A DNA stretch of 64,000 nt from Geopsychrobacteraceae bacterium (lineage in GTDB: Bacteria > Desulfobacterota > Desulfuromonadia > Desulfuromonadales > Geopsychrobacteraceae), in contig OY759353.1 of assembly GCA_963662315.1 (NCBI GenBank), positions 4,544,001 to 4,608,000 on the forward strand, written 5' to 3'. Shown piece by piece: positions 8,448-18,534 of this stretch (position 1 is its first letter; every line of letters starts with the position of its first letter). The position numbers and the translations under genes were made by a program. The notes beneath the pieces were generated by a model, which was given only the letters and a program-made list of their open reading frames with translations, was not told where the DNA came from and did no database searches.

Positions 8448-10364
8448 TCAGGTCTGCTGCTTAGATTTCAGATGCCGGATAATCTGCCTGAGTTGAGTCC
8501 TCTCCTCGGAGGTAGGTCGCCTGTTCTGGTAAATCGCCTGACCGTAAATTTCAGCAAACCGCTGGCAAAGTGGCTCTTGGGTCTGTTCGGCAAGGTCATA
8601 GAGGCCCGTTGACGGAGAAAATTTTGTTGGATAGTTCATTTTTGCAACGGCCTTGAGGTAAGACCTGAGTAGATTTTTGTGTGGCTGCTGCCAACGCCGC
8701 CACCCGAGGTAAAGAAGCAGGATTCCCGCTCCAGAAGCGACCCAGGCAATGCTGAAAAAGCCACTGCTCTTTATATTAGGAAGTTCCTTAACCACGTGCA
8801 GGAGAGATTTTATCAGAGCAAATTGCTGACGCAAATCATAATTGATGACAAACTGACTCCAATGATGTTCGAGAACATCGATGACTGCGGACAGTGACGA
8901 TATGCGGGTCCGTTGCGCCAGCTGAAAGGCTTCTGTACTGTTGATTGCCAGGCGGCTTGGGTCAATGCGTTGCCAGATGCCTTCATCATTGAGTGCTTCC
9001 ACCCAGACATGAGCCTGGTCCTGGGTGATCAGGTAATAGCCTCCCAGCTCATTGTAATCCCCTCCCAGATACCCTCCGACCAGGCGGGTCGGAACACCTG
9101 CCAGCCTTAACAGGATGGCATAACTCGAGGCAAAATATTCACAGTAGCCGCGCTTGTTGACATACAGGAAGGTGTCGATCGGATCAGCTGTGACAGGTAG
9201 CCGGGTTGTGGAATAACTGAGTTTCTGGCTGTGAAAAAATTGATTAAGGGCACTGACCTTTGCGGAAAAATTGGAGTTCTGTGCCAAGCGTTGCCCTTCC
9301 TGGCGGGTCCGTTCGCTCAGGCGGTCAGGAAGCTGAAGGTATTTTTGGCGGTTACCATGCAGAACACTTTGGGCGTCGGTCTGTACCTGAATGTCGTAAC
9401 GATACTTCTTGTCATTGGGCCTGCGGAGTTGCAGGGCACCATCACTGTGTAATGTTATCCAGTTCCCGGGAGCATTGAGAATCTTGACCGGTCGATCCAG
9501 CGCCGGCAGGTGAACGTCGCTCTTTGGTTCTGCGTAAAAAGTCAGCATACGAGGGGGGCTTTGGGCGCTGCTCACCTTTTCTTGGGGCTCGGCTGCTTCG
9601 TGGTGCCAGCTTTGCCCCTCTAAGCGACTGAAGACAATCGCTCGCCAGTAAAGCTGTTCCGGTGGCATGGGTGTGGTTTCGGCACGAAAAACCAGGGTCG
9701 TATCGGCGGTCAGGTCGCTGATCGGTCCAGGTTTTACCTGGTCGCTGATACCGGTAACTGCTCTGGTTTCAGGATTTAGAAAGTTCCAGAGAGGTGTCTG
9801 GGTACGCGGCAAAATAAGAAAGAAAAATACCATCAGCAGCAATGATCCGACTGGCAGCAGTAATGCCGCCTTCGTCAGGTAGCGCCAGTCCCCGCGGCTA
9901 AAGCGTAGGGTCGGATCGGTGACCGAAAAGCTGAGAAAGACTAACCCTGTTGTTACCAGAAAAATAATGATGACCAGGTAAATCAGGTAGCCCGGATCCA
10001 GGACCAGCATTGACGAACCTGCCAGAATCATGCTCGCCAACAGGAAAATCTGCAGCAGATAGCGCGCTGTTTTGGGGCCGGCCAATCGCACAGCAAGTAA
10101 CAGACAGAGAAATTCAAGCAGTGGTGTGGCCAGATCAGCCAGTGAAACGTGGGCGATAAACAACAGGAAAAAAACGATGGACAGAAGGGTGCAAACAGGT
10201 TCGGAGAGGGTTTTGAACTTTTTAACATCCGTTACGATTCCGATGCTGAATGCCCCGAACAGAACCGCAAGGACCCATGACCCCAGAAATGGCAGAACCG
10301 GAATCAGCCCAACCCCTGCGGCGAGATAGGCCTGGATCTTCAGGATGTGTTCAATGGAGATCAT
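8448..10364 (-). CDS. DUF3488/transglutaminase-like membrane protein (TgpA family)
   Basis: N-terminal TM helices; RGYCEYFAS, GVPTRLVGGYLGG, AHVWVE, WQRIDPS (Cys-His-Asp triad). Confidence 0.9.
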   Translation of the reverse strand: MISIEHILKIQAYLAAGVGLIPVLPFLGSWVLAVLFGAFSIGIVTDVKKFKTLSEPVCTLLSIVFFLLFIAHVSLADLATPLLEFLCLLLAVRLAGPKTARYLLQIFLLASMILAGSSMLVLDPGYLIYLVIIIFLVTTGLVFLSFSVTDPTLRFSRGDWRYLTKAALLLPVGSLLLMVFFFLILPRTQTPLWNFLNPETRAVTGISDQVKPGPISDLTADTTLVFRAETTPMPPEQLYWRAIVFSRLEGQSWHHEAAEPQEKVSSAQSPPRMLTFYAEPKSDVHLPALDRPVKILNAPGNWITLHSDGALQLRRPNDKKYRYDIQVQTDAQSVLHGNRQKYLQLPDRLSERTRQEGQRLAQNSNFSAKVSALNQFFHSQKLSYSTTRLPVTADPIDTFLYVNKRGYCEYFASSYAILLRLAGVPTRLVGGYLGGDYNELGGYYLITQDQAHVWVEALNDEGIWQRIDPSRLAINSTEAFQLAQRTRISSLSAVIDVLEHHWSQFVINYDLRQQFALIKSLLHVVKELPNIKSSGFFSIAWVASGAGILLLYLGWRRWQQPHKNLLRSYLKAVAKMNYPTKFSPSTGLYDLAEQTQEPLCQRFAEIYGQAIYQNRRPTSEERTQLRQIIRHLKSKQQT

Positions 10365-11178
10365 AAAGGGCTAGCTCTTTCAATAGTCGGTTGCGTTGCT
10401 GTAGACCGGTTTGTGGAACAAATGTCTGTTCACCAAGTTGCAGACCGACAGCATTGTTAATCCGCAGCAGTTGCTCTACGACAAAAGTACATTGACTCAG
10501 CTGGTTTTCCAGGGGGCCACTAAAATCCTCAAGTCTCAGGGTTACCGCAGGCGCCCCCTGATGCTGGTAACGCTTGACCTTGAAGTCATCCTGGCGGGCG
10601 GAATGCTTCCAATGAATATCTTTGTAGGAATCTCTGCCCTGGTAGGCGTCGATGCTGCGTAGTTCACCATCCTGTCCTGGTTGAGCGAGGTCACGCTGGC
10701 GTCTGGCTATGGTCGCAGCAGCCCCGGTTGGATGGTGGACCGGGCGTGGCATAGGATAGACCAGGATGTTATCGACAGCGGGCAAACGGCTTGAGCGGAT
10801 AAAGAAATTTACGGGAAAACGTGATTTAACCCAGATCCTGGTAAGCTGCTGATAGCCACGCTGGGGCAAGATTAGTGAAAGAGTCAGATGTTGTTTGTCT
10901 CCTGGTGCCAACACAGAAAACAGCCGGGAGTTATCGCCGATAGCAACTTCAATTAAAAACGCGGGAAGGTATTTGCGGGTATTTTCAAGTTGAACCTCTA
11001 TCTGGGCAGGCAACCCGGCAAAAATATCCTGTCCGTGAAGGACTGTGACCTTGAGCTTCTTGAGATTCTGCTGTCCCATGAGCCCGGAAATTGCCATAAA
11101 GCCGAGCAGCGCTGAAACCATCAGGTACAGCAGGTTATTGCCGGTATTCACCGCGGCAAAGCCGAGCAGCAGGGTCAT
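10351..11178 (-). CDS. DUF58 domain-containing protein
   Basis: AAVNTGNNLLYL, ELRSIDAYQGRD..IHWKHSAR; lies between MoxR and TgpA; start uncertain. Confidence 0.85.
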   Translation of the reverse strand: MTLLLGFAAVNTGNNLLYLMVSALLGFMAISGLMGQQNLKKLKVTVLHGQDIFAGLPAQIEVQLENTRKYLPAFLIEVAIGDNSRLFSVLAPGDKQHLTLSLILPQRGYQQLTRIWVKSRFPVNFFIRSSRLPAVDNILVYPMPRPVHHPTGAAATIARRQRDLAQPGQDGELRSIDAYQGRDSYKDIHWKHSARQDDFKVKRYQHQGAPAVTLRLEDFSGPLENQLSQCTFVVEQLLRINNAVGLQLGEQTFVPQTGLQQRNRLLKELALYDLH

Positions 11179-11210
11179 GACAATATAAATTGCCCCGGAC
11201 CTGGTGAGTT

Positions 11211-12167
11211 TTAGCCCATAGGAACGGGAATTTTTTCGAGTAGCGATCGGAAGACCTCTTCTTTATTAAGCATCTGATATTCAGGGTTAAAAATCAAACG
11301 ATGGGCGGCCACCGGCACCGCTATATGCTGAATATCCTCAGGTACGACATAGTTACGTCCGTTCAGGTAGGCTTCTGCCTTGGCAGCAGCGGCCAGGCTC
11401 AGGCCTGCCCGGGTTGATAAGCCGGCCGCTATGTGGGGATGACTGCGCGATGTGTCGATCAGTGTGTGGATGTAATCAATAACCAGGTCACCCAGCATGA
11501 TTTCCGAGCGGATATATTTGGTCGTTGCAAGAAGCTCGTCCTTGTGCAGTTGTGGCGTAATCTCTGACAATTCATCACGAATACTTCCATGACGGAGAAT
11601 CTGTTTTTCCATTTCGGCAGAGGGATAGCCGATACCGGTGGTCATCAAAAAACGATCCAACTGTGATTCGGGTAGCGGAAAGGTCCCGATCTGCTCCGCC
11701 GGATTCTGGGTCGCAATCACTAAAAAGGGCTCAGGCAGAGGATAGGTGGTCCCTTCAATGGTCACCCGCTTTTCTTCCATTGCTTCCAGCATGGCACTCT
11801 GGGTTTTGGGCATGGCCCGGTTGACCTCGTCGAGCAGAATCAGATTGTTGAAAATCGGCCCTTTGACAAAGTTGAATTCATTGTTTTGGCGGTTGAATAT
11901 AGACAGACCAGTGATATCCGATGGCAACAGATCACTGGTGCACTGAATACGGCCGAATTGCAGGCCGAGAATCCCTGCCAGGGCTAGGGCCAGGCTGGTT
12001 TTGCCGAGGCCGGGAATGTCTTCAAGCAACAGGTGTCCGTCGGCCAGCAGGCAGATCATGGACAGGCGGATAGCCCGGCGTTTGCCCTGCAGATAGTTGG
12101 ATGCGAGGCTTTCGATAACCGCAAGGATTTGTTTATGCTGGTACAGTTCCATATTTGTTCCCGCCAC
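11211..12167 (-). CDS. MoxR family AAA+ ATPase
   Basis: HLLLEDIPGLGKT, RIQCTSDLLPSDITG, LLDEVNRA, ATQNP, LPESQLDRF. Confidence 0.95.
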   Translation of the reverse strand: MAGTNMELYQHKQILAVIESLASNYLQGKRRAIRLSMICLLADGHLLLEDIPGLGKTSLALALAGILGLQFGRIQCTSDLLPSDITGLSIFNRQNNEFNFVKGPIFNNLILLDEVNRAMPKTQSAMLEAMEEKRVTIEGTTYPLPEPFLVIATQNPAEQIGTFPLPESQLDRFLMTTGIGYPSAEMEKQILRHGSIRDELSEITPQLHKDELLATTKYIRSEIMLGDLVIDYIHTLIDTSRSHPHIAAGLSTRAGLSLAAAAKAEAYLNGRNYVVPEDIQHIAVPVAAHRLIFNPEYQMLNKEEVFRSLLEKIPVPMG

Positions 12168-12299
12168 GAAGCTCTCCTTAACGAGGACGTGAAAACTTTA
12201 TAATCTTTTCTATTGTGCCTGTAGCAGGGTGGTATTGTCCAGTCTTTGCCTGCTCTTTATTGTCACGCTCGTGCTATAGTTGTTGAGTTGGAGGTGTCT

Positions 12300-13337
12300 A
12301 TGCGTGCAATGATTCTTGAACAGACAGCCGATTTGCGGGTCAATAAAAGGCCGTTACGCTTGGCTGACCGACCTGTCCCGGAGCCCGGCGCGGGGCTGGT
12401 CAGACTCAAGGTATTAACCTGTGGCGTCTGTCATACTGAGCTTGATGAGATTGAGGGGCGAACCCCGCCATCATATTATCCGGTTATACTGGGCCACCAG
12501 GTTGTCGGTATTGTCGATAAGGTCGGGCTTGGCGTCGAAACGGCAATGGTTGGTCAACGGGTCGGCGTCGCCTGGATCTATTCGGCCTGTGGTGATTGTC
12601 CCTGGTGTCGTCAGGGACTGGAGAATTTATGCCCCGACTATCTCGCCACGGGGCGTGATAGTGATGGTGGGTATGCTGAATACATGCTGGCCCCCGCAGC
12701 TTTTGTGCATAACATACCGGAGCTATTCGATGACGCTGAAGCCGCGCCGCTGTTGTGTGCAGGGGCCATCGGTTATCGCTCTTTAGCGTTGACTGGCATG
12801 CACAACAATTTGGGGCCACTCGGGCTGACCGGGTTTGGTGCCTCGGCCCATTTGGTGTTACAACTGGTGAGACACCTATATCCTGCGGTGCCGGTCTATG
12901 TGTTTGCCCGCAGTCCCGAGGAACAGCAATTTGCCCTTGCGTTGGGAGCCTCCTGGTCCGGAACAACCGATGCGCAACCGCCGCAACTCATGTCGGCGGT
13001 TATCGATACAACGCCGGCATGGAAGCCGGTTCTGTCTGCCTTACGTTCTCTCGCTCCGGGAGGGCGTCTGGTAATTAACGCGATACGTAAAGAATCTCAT
13101 GATCGTGGGTTGTTGACAGAGCTCGACTATCCTGCCCATTTATGGTTGGAAAAAGAAATTAAAAGTGTGGCAAATGTAACACGTTATGATGTTCAGGAAT
13201 TTCTTCGACTTGCTGCTGAGATTCCTGTCCATCCCGTTTACGAAGAATATGACCTCAGCGACGCAAACCGCGCCCTTGTCGAGTTGAAAGAACGTCATAT
13301 CCGTGGGGCCAAGGTCCTGCGGGTTTCATACCGATAG
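12300..13337 (+). CDS. Zinc-binding alcohol dehydrogenase family protein
   Basis: CGVCHTE, GHQVVG, structural Zn CGDCPWC..C, GFGASA; ATG 12300 follows GGAGG. Confidence 0.9.
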   Translation: MRAMILEQTADLRVNKRPLRLADRPVPEPGAGLVRLKVLTCGVCHTELDEIEGRTPPSYYPVILGHQVVGIVDKVGLGVETAMVGQRVGVAWIYSACGDCPWCRQGLENLCPDYLATGRDSDGGYAEYMLAPAAFVHNIPELFDDAEAAPLLCAGAIGYRSLALTGMHNNLGPLGLTGFGASAHLVLQLVRHLYPAVPVYVFARSPEEQQFALALGASWSGTTDAQPPQLMSAVIDTTPAWKPVLSALRSLAPGGRLVINAIRKESHDRGLLTELDYPAHLWLEKEIKSVANVTRYDVQEFLRLAAEIPVHPVYEEYDLSDANRALVELKERHIRGAKVLRVSYR

Positions 13338-13434
13338 TATTCGCAGTGTGCTGAGGCATCGAATGGCCACTTGGCTCTGATGGTGGCGGATGTGTTATAT
13401 AGTTATTAACGGAGGGACTGTTATCGAGGTGTAA

Positions 13435-14445
13435 ATGAAGGAAGCGTTACTGTACCAAAAACTTGATGATGGCAAGGTTCAATGCCTGCTGTGTGCGCAT
13501 AAATGCATTATTCCTGATGCAAAAAGGGGGGTGTGCCAGGTTCGGGAAAACAGGGCTGGTACGCTGTATTCCCTGGTTTATGGGCGGACGATCAGCCAGA
13601 ATGTTGATCCGATTGAAAAAAAACCGTTTAACCATTTTTTGCCGGGCAGTCAGTCGTTTTCAATTGCTACTCCTGGGTGTAACTTTTCCTGCAGCTGGTG
13701 CCAGAATTGGGAAATCTCACAGATGCCGCGCGACCAGCATTTTGTTAGTGGCCGTAAACTCGGCCCTGAAGAGGTTGTGGCCGCAGCTGTTCGTTCCGGG
13801 TGCCGTTCCATTGCCTATACCTATACTGAGCCGACGGTTTTCTTTGAATATTGTTACGATACGGCAAAGTTGGCGCAACAGGCCGGGCTGGCCAATGTCA
13901 TTGTCAGTAACGGTTATATGTCTGCAGCGATGCTGGATATGTTCTCGCCCTGCCTGAATGCGGCCAATATCGATTTGAAAGCGTTTTCCGATGCGACTTA
14001 TCAACGCTATATCGGAGGAACGCTGCAACCGGTTCTCGATTCTTTGAAAAAATTACGGGATCTGGGGGTATGGGTGGAGGTCACAACCCTGATTATCCCC
14101 GGAATTAATGATAGCACTCAGGAGTTGCAGGATATCGCCGGTTTTATCGCGACTGAGTTGGGGCCTGAGGTGCCCTGGCATGTCAGCCGTTTTTTCCCTC
14201 AGTATAAGCAGAAAAAAACCGAGGCAACCCCTGTAGAAACTATCGCCGGAGCTGTTGCCGTAGGGCATGCTGCCGGGCTGCACTTTGTTTATCCCGGTAA
14301 CGTTTCCGGCATTGTCGAGACCCGTTGCCCTCATTGTCAGACCGCCGTTATCGAGCGAAGTGGTTATCTGGTGACTAATCTGCGCCTTGATGCGCCGGGA
14401 CATTGCTCTGCTTGTGGTGAACGAATCGCCGGGGTGTGGGGATAA
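13435..14445 (+). CDS. amrS: AmmeMemoRadiSam system radical SAM enzyme
   Basis: N-terminal CLLCAHKC..GVC, DPIEKKP, CNFSCSWCQNWEISQ, YTYTEP, C-terminal CPHC/CSAC. Confidence 0.9.
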   Translation: MKEALLYQKLDDGKVQCLLCAHKCIIPDAKRGVCQVRENRAGTLYSLVYGRTISQNVDPIEKKPFNHFLPGSQSFSIATPGCNFSCSWCQNWEISQMPRDQHFVSGRKLGPEEVVAAAVRSGCRSIAYTYTEPTVFFEYCYDTAKLAQQAGLANVIVSNGYMSAAMLDMFSPCLNAANIDLKAFSDATYQRYIGGTLQPVLDSLKKLRDLGVWVEVTTLIIPGINDSTQELQDIAGFIATELGPEVPWHVSRFFPQYKQKKTEATPVETIAGAVAVGHAAGLHFVYPGNVSGIVETRCPHCQTAVIERSGYLVTNLRLDAPGHCSACGERIAGVWG

Positions 14446-14514
14446 ATAGGGTGAGGGGGAAGTGGACAGGCCTTGCCGATAAATAATGGCATCTGCAATG
14501 GCTGTCGATCAAAT

Positions 14515-16857
14515 TTAGCTTTCAGGGCACTGGAGGGCTTTTTTGACCATTTCGGCCAATTTCTGCTGGGTAAAAGGTTTCTGAATAAAATTTATATCTT
14601 CGGGAAGGATGCCCTGTTGAGCAATGATATTCGCAGTATAGCCTGACATGTAAAGTGTTTTCAGGTGGGGGATGATGGCGCGAACGCGTTCGCAGAGCTC
14701 TGGTCCACTGAGATTTTTCAGGATGACATCGCTGAGCAATAGGGTGATTTCAGTGCGATTCTCCTGGGCAATTGCTAATGCTTCGTGGCAATCAGTGGTG
14801 GCCAGTACCTGGTAATTGAGAACTTCAAGCATCTGCTTACAAATGGCCAGAATCGCAGGTTCATCTTCGACGAGAAGAATTGTTTCTTGATTGCCTGCAT
14901 ATGTCCCTGCTTGTGGTATCTCCTTGCTGGACTCTGTTTGGTTGGTGTGCTCCAAAAAATAGAGATTAAATGTTGTTCCCTTGCCGGGCTCGCTGTAGAC
15001 ATTCACAAAGCCGCTGTTTTGTTTTATGATTCCATAGACGGTTGCCAGTCCCAATCCTGTCCCATCTCCAACGGCTTTGGTGGTGAAAAATGGTTCGAAT
15101 ATCTTTTCCCTGACCTGTTTATCCATGCCAATGCCATTGTCACTGATACTTAAGCAGATATAGTGCCCGGCAAGTGCTTCGGTGTGGTTTAGGGTGTAGT
15201 TTTCATCAATCTCCTTTTTACTGGTCTGAATCGTGATCGTACCACCATGTGGTAATGCGTCTCTGGAATTAATGCACAGATTGGCGAGAATCTGGTCAAC
15301 CTGGGTAATATCCATTTTGACGAAACAGGGGTGTTCAGACGGATACCATTTCAGCTCAATATTCTCCCCCAGCAGTCGTTTTAACATCTGCAGCGTTTGG
15401 CGGACATTATTGTTCAGATCAATTATCTGAGGAGAAATTGTTTGTTTTCTGGCAAAGGCTAAAAGTTGCCTGGTAATATCGGCAGAGTGACGGGCTGCAA
15501 CTAAAATTTCGTTGAAGTGGTGAAAGGAGGGATCGCTTTCTGTAATTTTGAGTTGTGCTATTTCTGCGTTCCCAATAATAACTCCAAGCATATTGTTGTA
15601 ATCATGCGCGACCCCTCCCGCCAGACGGCCGACAGATTCCATCTTTTGGGCCTGGATTAATTGATTCTGCAACTCTTTATTGACTCTGTCGCGCTCGATG
15701 CGCTCATTAATATTTTCGACCGACATCATGAATCCTGTCAGCATTCCCAGGCTGTCTTTGATTGGCGCGCAGAGTACCGAGCCATGGAAAAACGACTCGT
15801 CTTTGCGGTAAAATGTTAGTTCCTGAGCTCTCTGGGGAAGCCCCTTGCTGCATCCGTCATAGATTGAGTCAAGGCTAGATTCGTTGTTTTGCTGACAAAT
15901 GGGGAGTGGTTGACCGGTAATCTCCTCATTTAAATAGCCAAACATTTTTTCTGCAGAGGTTGTCCAGATGGCAATTTTGTACTGAAGGTCAACACTGAAC
16001 AGGGCCACGGGAGAACAGGCAATCAAGGCCCTGACCTCTTCGTTTTTTTCCTCAATTTTTAATATGTTGGTACGGATAGAATCCCGCATATGAACCAGAC
16101 TGGCTGATAATAAAGAAAATTCGTGTGTTGTATAGAGTGGAATAGCTTTTTCGAGGTTGCCTTTGGCAATATTGCTGGTTGCCTCAATATAGCTGAAAAT
16201 TGGTTTTTGAATCAGTCTTCTGAAGACGACCCAGACCAGAACAAATACAAAAAAGAAGAATACCAAACCTATGGTGGCGGTTTTTTTGACTGTTGACGAA
16301 ATTTTTTGCGCGACAATCAGTCTCGGAAAACCGATATCCACGGTTCCAATAATTTGTTCTTGGTAAATTATTGGTATTAAGGTGTGATAGTCGTTTTCAA
16401 TAAGTAGTGTTAACGGTTTCGTGGACGTCAGGGCCTGAAGCAGACGGGGATCTGTCAGTGTTTTTCCGTGTTGTTGCGGATCGCTGTGAGCGGCGATCCG
16501 TCCAGAATTATCAAGCACAGAGATGAAGGAAACATGGAGGCTTTTGTTGGCTTCGTAGAGTTTTTTACAGTGCAGGTAAGCTGTTTCAAGGTTTAGAAAA
16601 ATGTCTTCAGCAGAAAGATATTTTTGCCTTGCCGTGGTATCGACAATGATGCTCTGGGCGAGAGACACAGAGCGCCATTCAACCGCTTGGATGAAGTTAT
16701 TTTTCAGATCCTGGATGGTAAAGAATGAGCTTAAACTGAGTGCAAGAACCAGCAACAGGAAAATAGAGAATAGGACCCGTGTCTGCAGACTATTACTAAA
16801 TATAGTTTTTTCCTGCATATTTTGGCCTGTCTTGTGGGAGGTGGATCCAGATGTCAC
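14515..16857 (-). CDS. Hybrid sensor histidine kinase/response regulator (TM-sensor-TM-HAMP-PAS-HisKA-HATPase-REC)
   Basis: [37 protein letters not shown]-terminal ILLVEDE..LLLSD; start may be ATG 16818. Confidence 0.93.
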   Translation of the reverse strand: MTSGSTSHKTGQNMQEKTIFSNSLQTRVLFSIFLLLVLALSLSSFFTIQDLKNNFIQAVEWRSVSLAQSIIVDTTARQKYLSAEDIFLNLETAYLHCKKLYEANKSLHVSFISVLDNSGRIAAHSDPQQHGKTLTDPRLLQALTSTKPLTLLIENDYHTLIPIIYQEQIIGTVDIGFPRLIVAQKISSTVKKTATIGLVFFFFVFVLVWVVFRRLIQKPIFSYIEATSNIAKGNLEKAIPLYTTHEFSLLSASLVHMRDSIRTNILKIEEKNEEVRALIACSPVALFSVDLQYKIAIWTTSAEKMFGYLNEEITGQPLPICQQNNESSLDSIYDGCSKGLPQRAQELTFYRKDESFFHGSVLCAPIKDSLGMLTGFMMSVENINERIERDRVNKELQNQLIQAQKMESVGRLAGGVAHDYNNMLGVIIGNAEIAQLKITESDPSFHHFNEILVAARHSADITRQLLAFARKQTISPQIIDLNNNVRQTLQMLKRLLGENIELKWYPSEHPCFVKMDITQVDQILANLCINSRDALPHGGTITIQTSKKEIDENYTLNHTEALAGHYICLSISDNGIGMDKQVREKIFEPFFTTKAVGDGTGLGLATVYGIIKQNSGFVNVYSEPGKGTTFNLYFLEHTNQTESSKEIPQAGTYAGNQETILLVEDEPAILAICKQMLEVLNYQVLATTDCHEALAIAQENRTEITLLLSDVILKNLSGPELCERVRAIIPHLKTLYMSGYTANIIAQQGILPEDINFIQKPFTQQKLAEMVKKALQCPES

Positions 16858-16895
16858 ATGATATACGTTCTGATTTTTTGGGTCATTGATAGGTT

Positions 16896-17936
16896 TTATT
16901 CTTGAAAACCGAGTTCTTTTTCCGCTTCTTCTGTTGCTTCAAGAACTTCTTTGACCCAGTGGCTGCCTATATTCTCATTTAACCAAGATGTTGCTGATTG
17001 CCGCGTCTGCTGACGAAATTGCATGTATTCCTGTGTTGTTGGTTTGTAAATATCAATACCCTGGCTGCGCAGATACTCAAAAGCATTATATTCCGACACC
17101 ACTGATAGACCTCGATTCGCAGCAGAAACAATGGGCCTTGTTTGTCTTAGAATAAGTTGCAGATCAGGGGGGAGCGACTGATACCACTGCTCATTGATCA
17201 AAAAAGTGTAGGTCGCATAGATGTGTCCATCCAGGACGATATATTTTTGTATCTTTTCAAGGTGAGGAATCATAAATGTGCCCAGTGAATTTTCCTGGCC
17301 GTCAACAATACCTTCGGCTATGGCATCATAGACATGTGACCACCCAATTGGAATGCCTTGAGCTCCAAGGTTTTTTACAATTTGGAGGTGTAGGGGGCTT
17401 TCCATGGTTCGAAATCTGAGCCCTTTCATGTCCTCGGGACTGTGGACGGCACGTTTGTTGTTCGAAAAATGTCTGAAACCCCCATTTTCTAGCCAGAAAA
17501 GGGGACGCAAGCCGGTTTTTTTTGCCATATCGGCAATGAGCTTGTCACCAAAGGGTCCATCGAGGACTTTCCAGGCAATTTCTCGTTCAGCAAATAAATA
17601 TGGGATTGACAACACTTGAATTGGGGGATAGATGGTTGCAAAATGGCCGTCAGCGAAATCTCTGCCTTGAACGATGTTGTTACGGATCATGTCGATCATT
17701 TCCAGAGAAGAATTGCCAAACTTTTCAGCAAAAAGATCAACTTGAATTCTTCCTTTAGACCGATTTTCAACCTCGTGCTTAAATATGACAAAGGGAGTCC
17801 AACCGAAATGCCATTGGGCTTCGGGGTTGCCAACGGTCACCTTCATCACATATTCAGGGGGTGCTTGTCCATTTGCAGTTGTGCTCGTTACAAAAAAGAG
17901 TAACAGGAGAAGTGCAAATAGATAAGTGCTGCGCAT
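16896..17936 (-). CDS. dctP: TRAP transporter substrate-binding protein, DctP family
   Basis: Signal peptide; ENGGFRHF, PEDMKGLRFRTMES, GIVDGQEN. Confidence 0.88.
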   Translation of the reverse strand: MRSTYLFALLLLLFFVTSTTANGQAPPEYVMKVTVGNPEAQWHFGWTPFVIFKHEVENRSKGRIQVDLFAEKFGNSSLEMIDMIRNNIVQGRDFADGHFATIYPPIQVLSIPYLFAEREIAWKVLDGPFGDKLIADMAKKTGLRPLFWLENGGFRHFSNNKRAVHSPEDMKGLRFRTMESPLHLQIVKNLGAQGIPIGWSHVYDAIAEGIVDGQENSLGTFMIPHLEKIQKYIVLDGHIYATYTFLINEQWYQSLPPDLQLILRQTRPIVSAANRGLSVVSEYNAFEYLRSQGIDIYKPTTQEYMQFRQQTRQSATSWLNENIGSHWVKEVLEATEEAEKELGFQE

Positions 17937-18123
17937 ATACTATCCTCTTCTACGATAAGCGTTGGCGGCCTAAGTATAAAAGATATCATATCAGTAAGGG
18001 TTGCGCAGCTTTATCTGGCAAGAGTTATTTTTGCAGCGCTTGTCGCGCGCCGAGTTATACGGACATAATTGAGAAATTTCCTGCGGAAAACTTTTGTCTA
18101 ATGTTTAGCTAGGAGCTGCGGAA

Positions 18124-18417
18124 TTAACTTTTTTTCAACTCAGTAAGATATTCATCCCATTCAATCGGGAGCAAGCTCTGTTTTTTGCTGTTACATTCTT
18201 TACAGGCTGGAACACAGTTGCCTTTAGTACTGCGGCCACCTCGGACTAGAGGCACAATGTGATCCAGAGTCAATTCTTTTGGCGGTATTTGCTGGCCGCA
18301 ATAATGACAGATGCCTTTGGCAATTTTATTTTTCCACCACCCCTGCTTGCGAATTTCACGGGCCTTGGCCCGTTCGCGGCTGATATGGCTTTCGTCAATG
18401 TCGTTGAACCAATCCAT
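18124..18417 (-). CDS. Small HNH endonuclease
   Basis: CHYCG..TLDHIVPLVRGG..N.VPACKECN..K. Confidence 0.9.
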   Translation of the reverse strand: MDWFNDIDESHISRERAKAREIRKQGWWKNKIAKGICHYCGQQIPPKELTLDHIVPLVRGGRSTKGNCVPACKECNSKKQSLLPIEWDEYLTELKKS

Positions 18418-18534
18418 GTCCTGCTCCTGGCGTATATATTATGAGGTCGGCGAATTATTGCACAAATCATGAAATTATGCGATCTTACCAAATTGTGCGT
18501 GCGAGGGGGATCCCGGAAAAAGGTGAGATAACTT

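Noticed and set aside
11178..11214. DUF58 frame extends upstream (LKLTRSGAIYIV) without a canonical start
   Set aside because: Cannot distinguish a non-canonical coupled start from a genuine start at ATG 11178; minor
18124..18417. HNH nuclease as a defence or mobile element
   Set aside because: Stand-alone, with no methylase, repeats, integrase or other defence genes beside it
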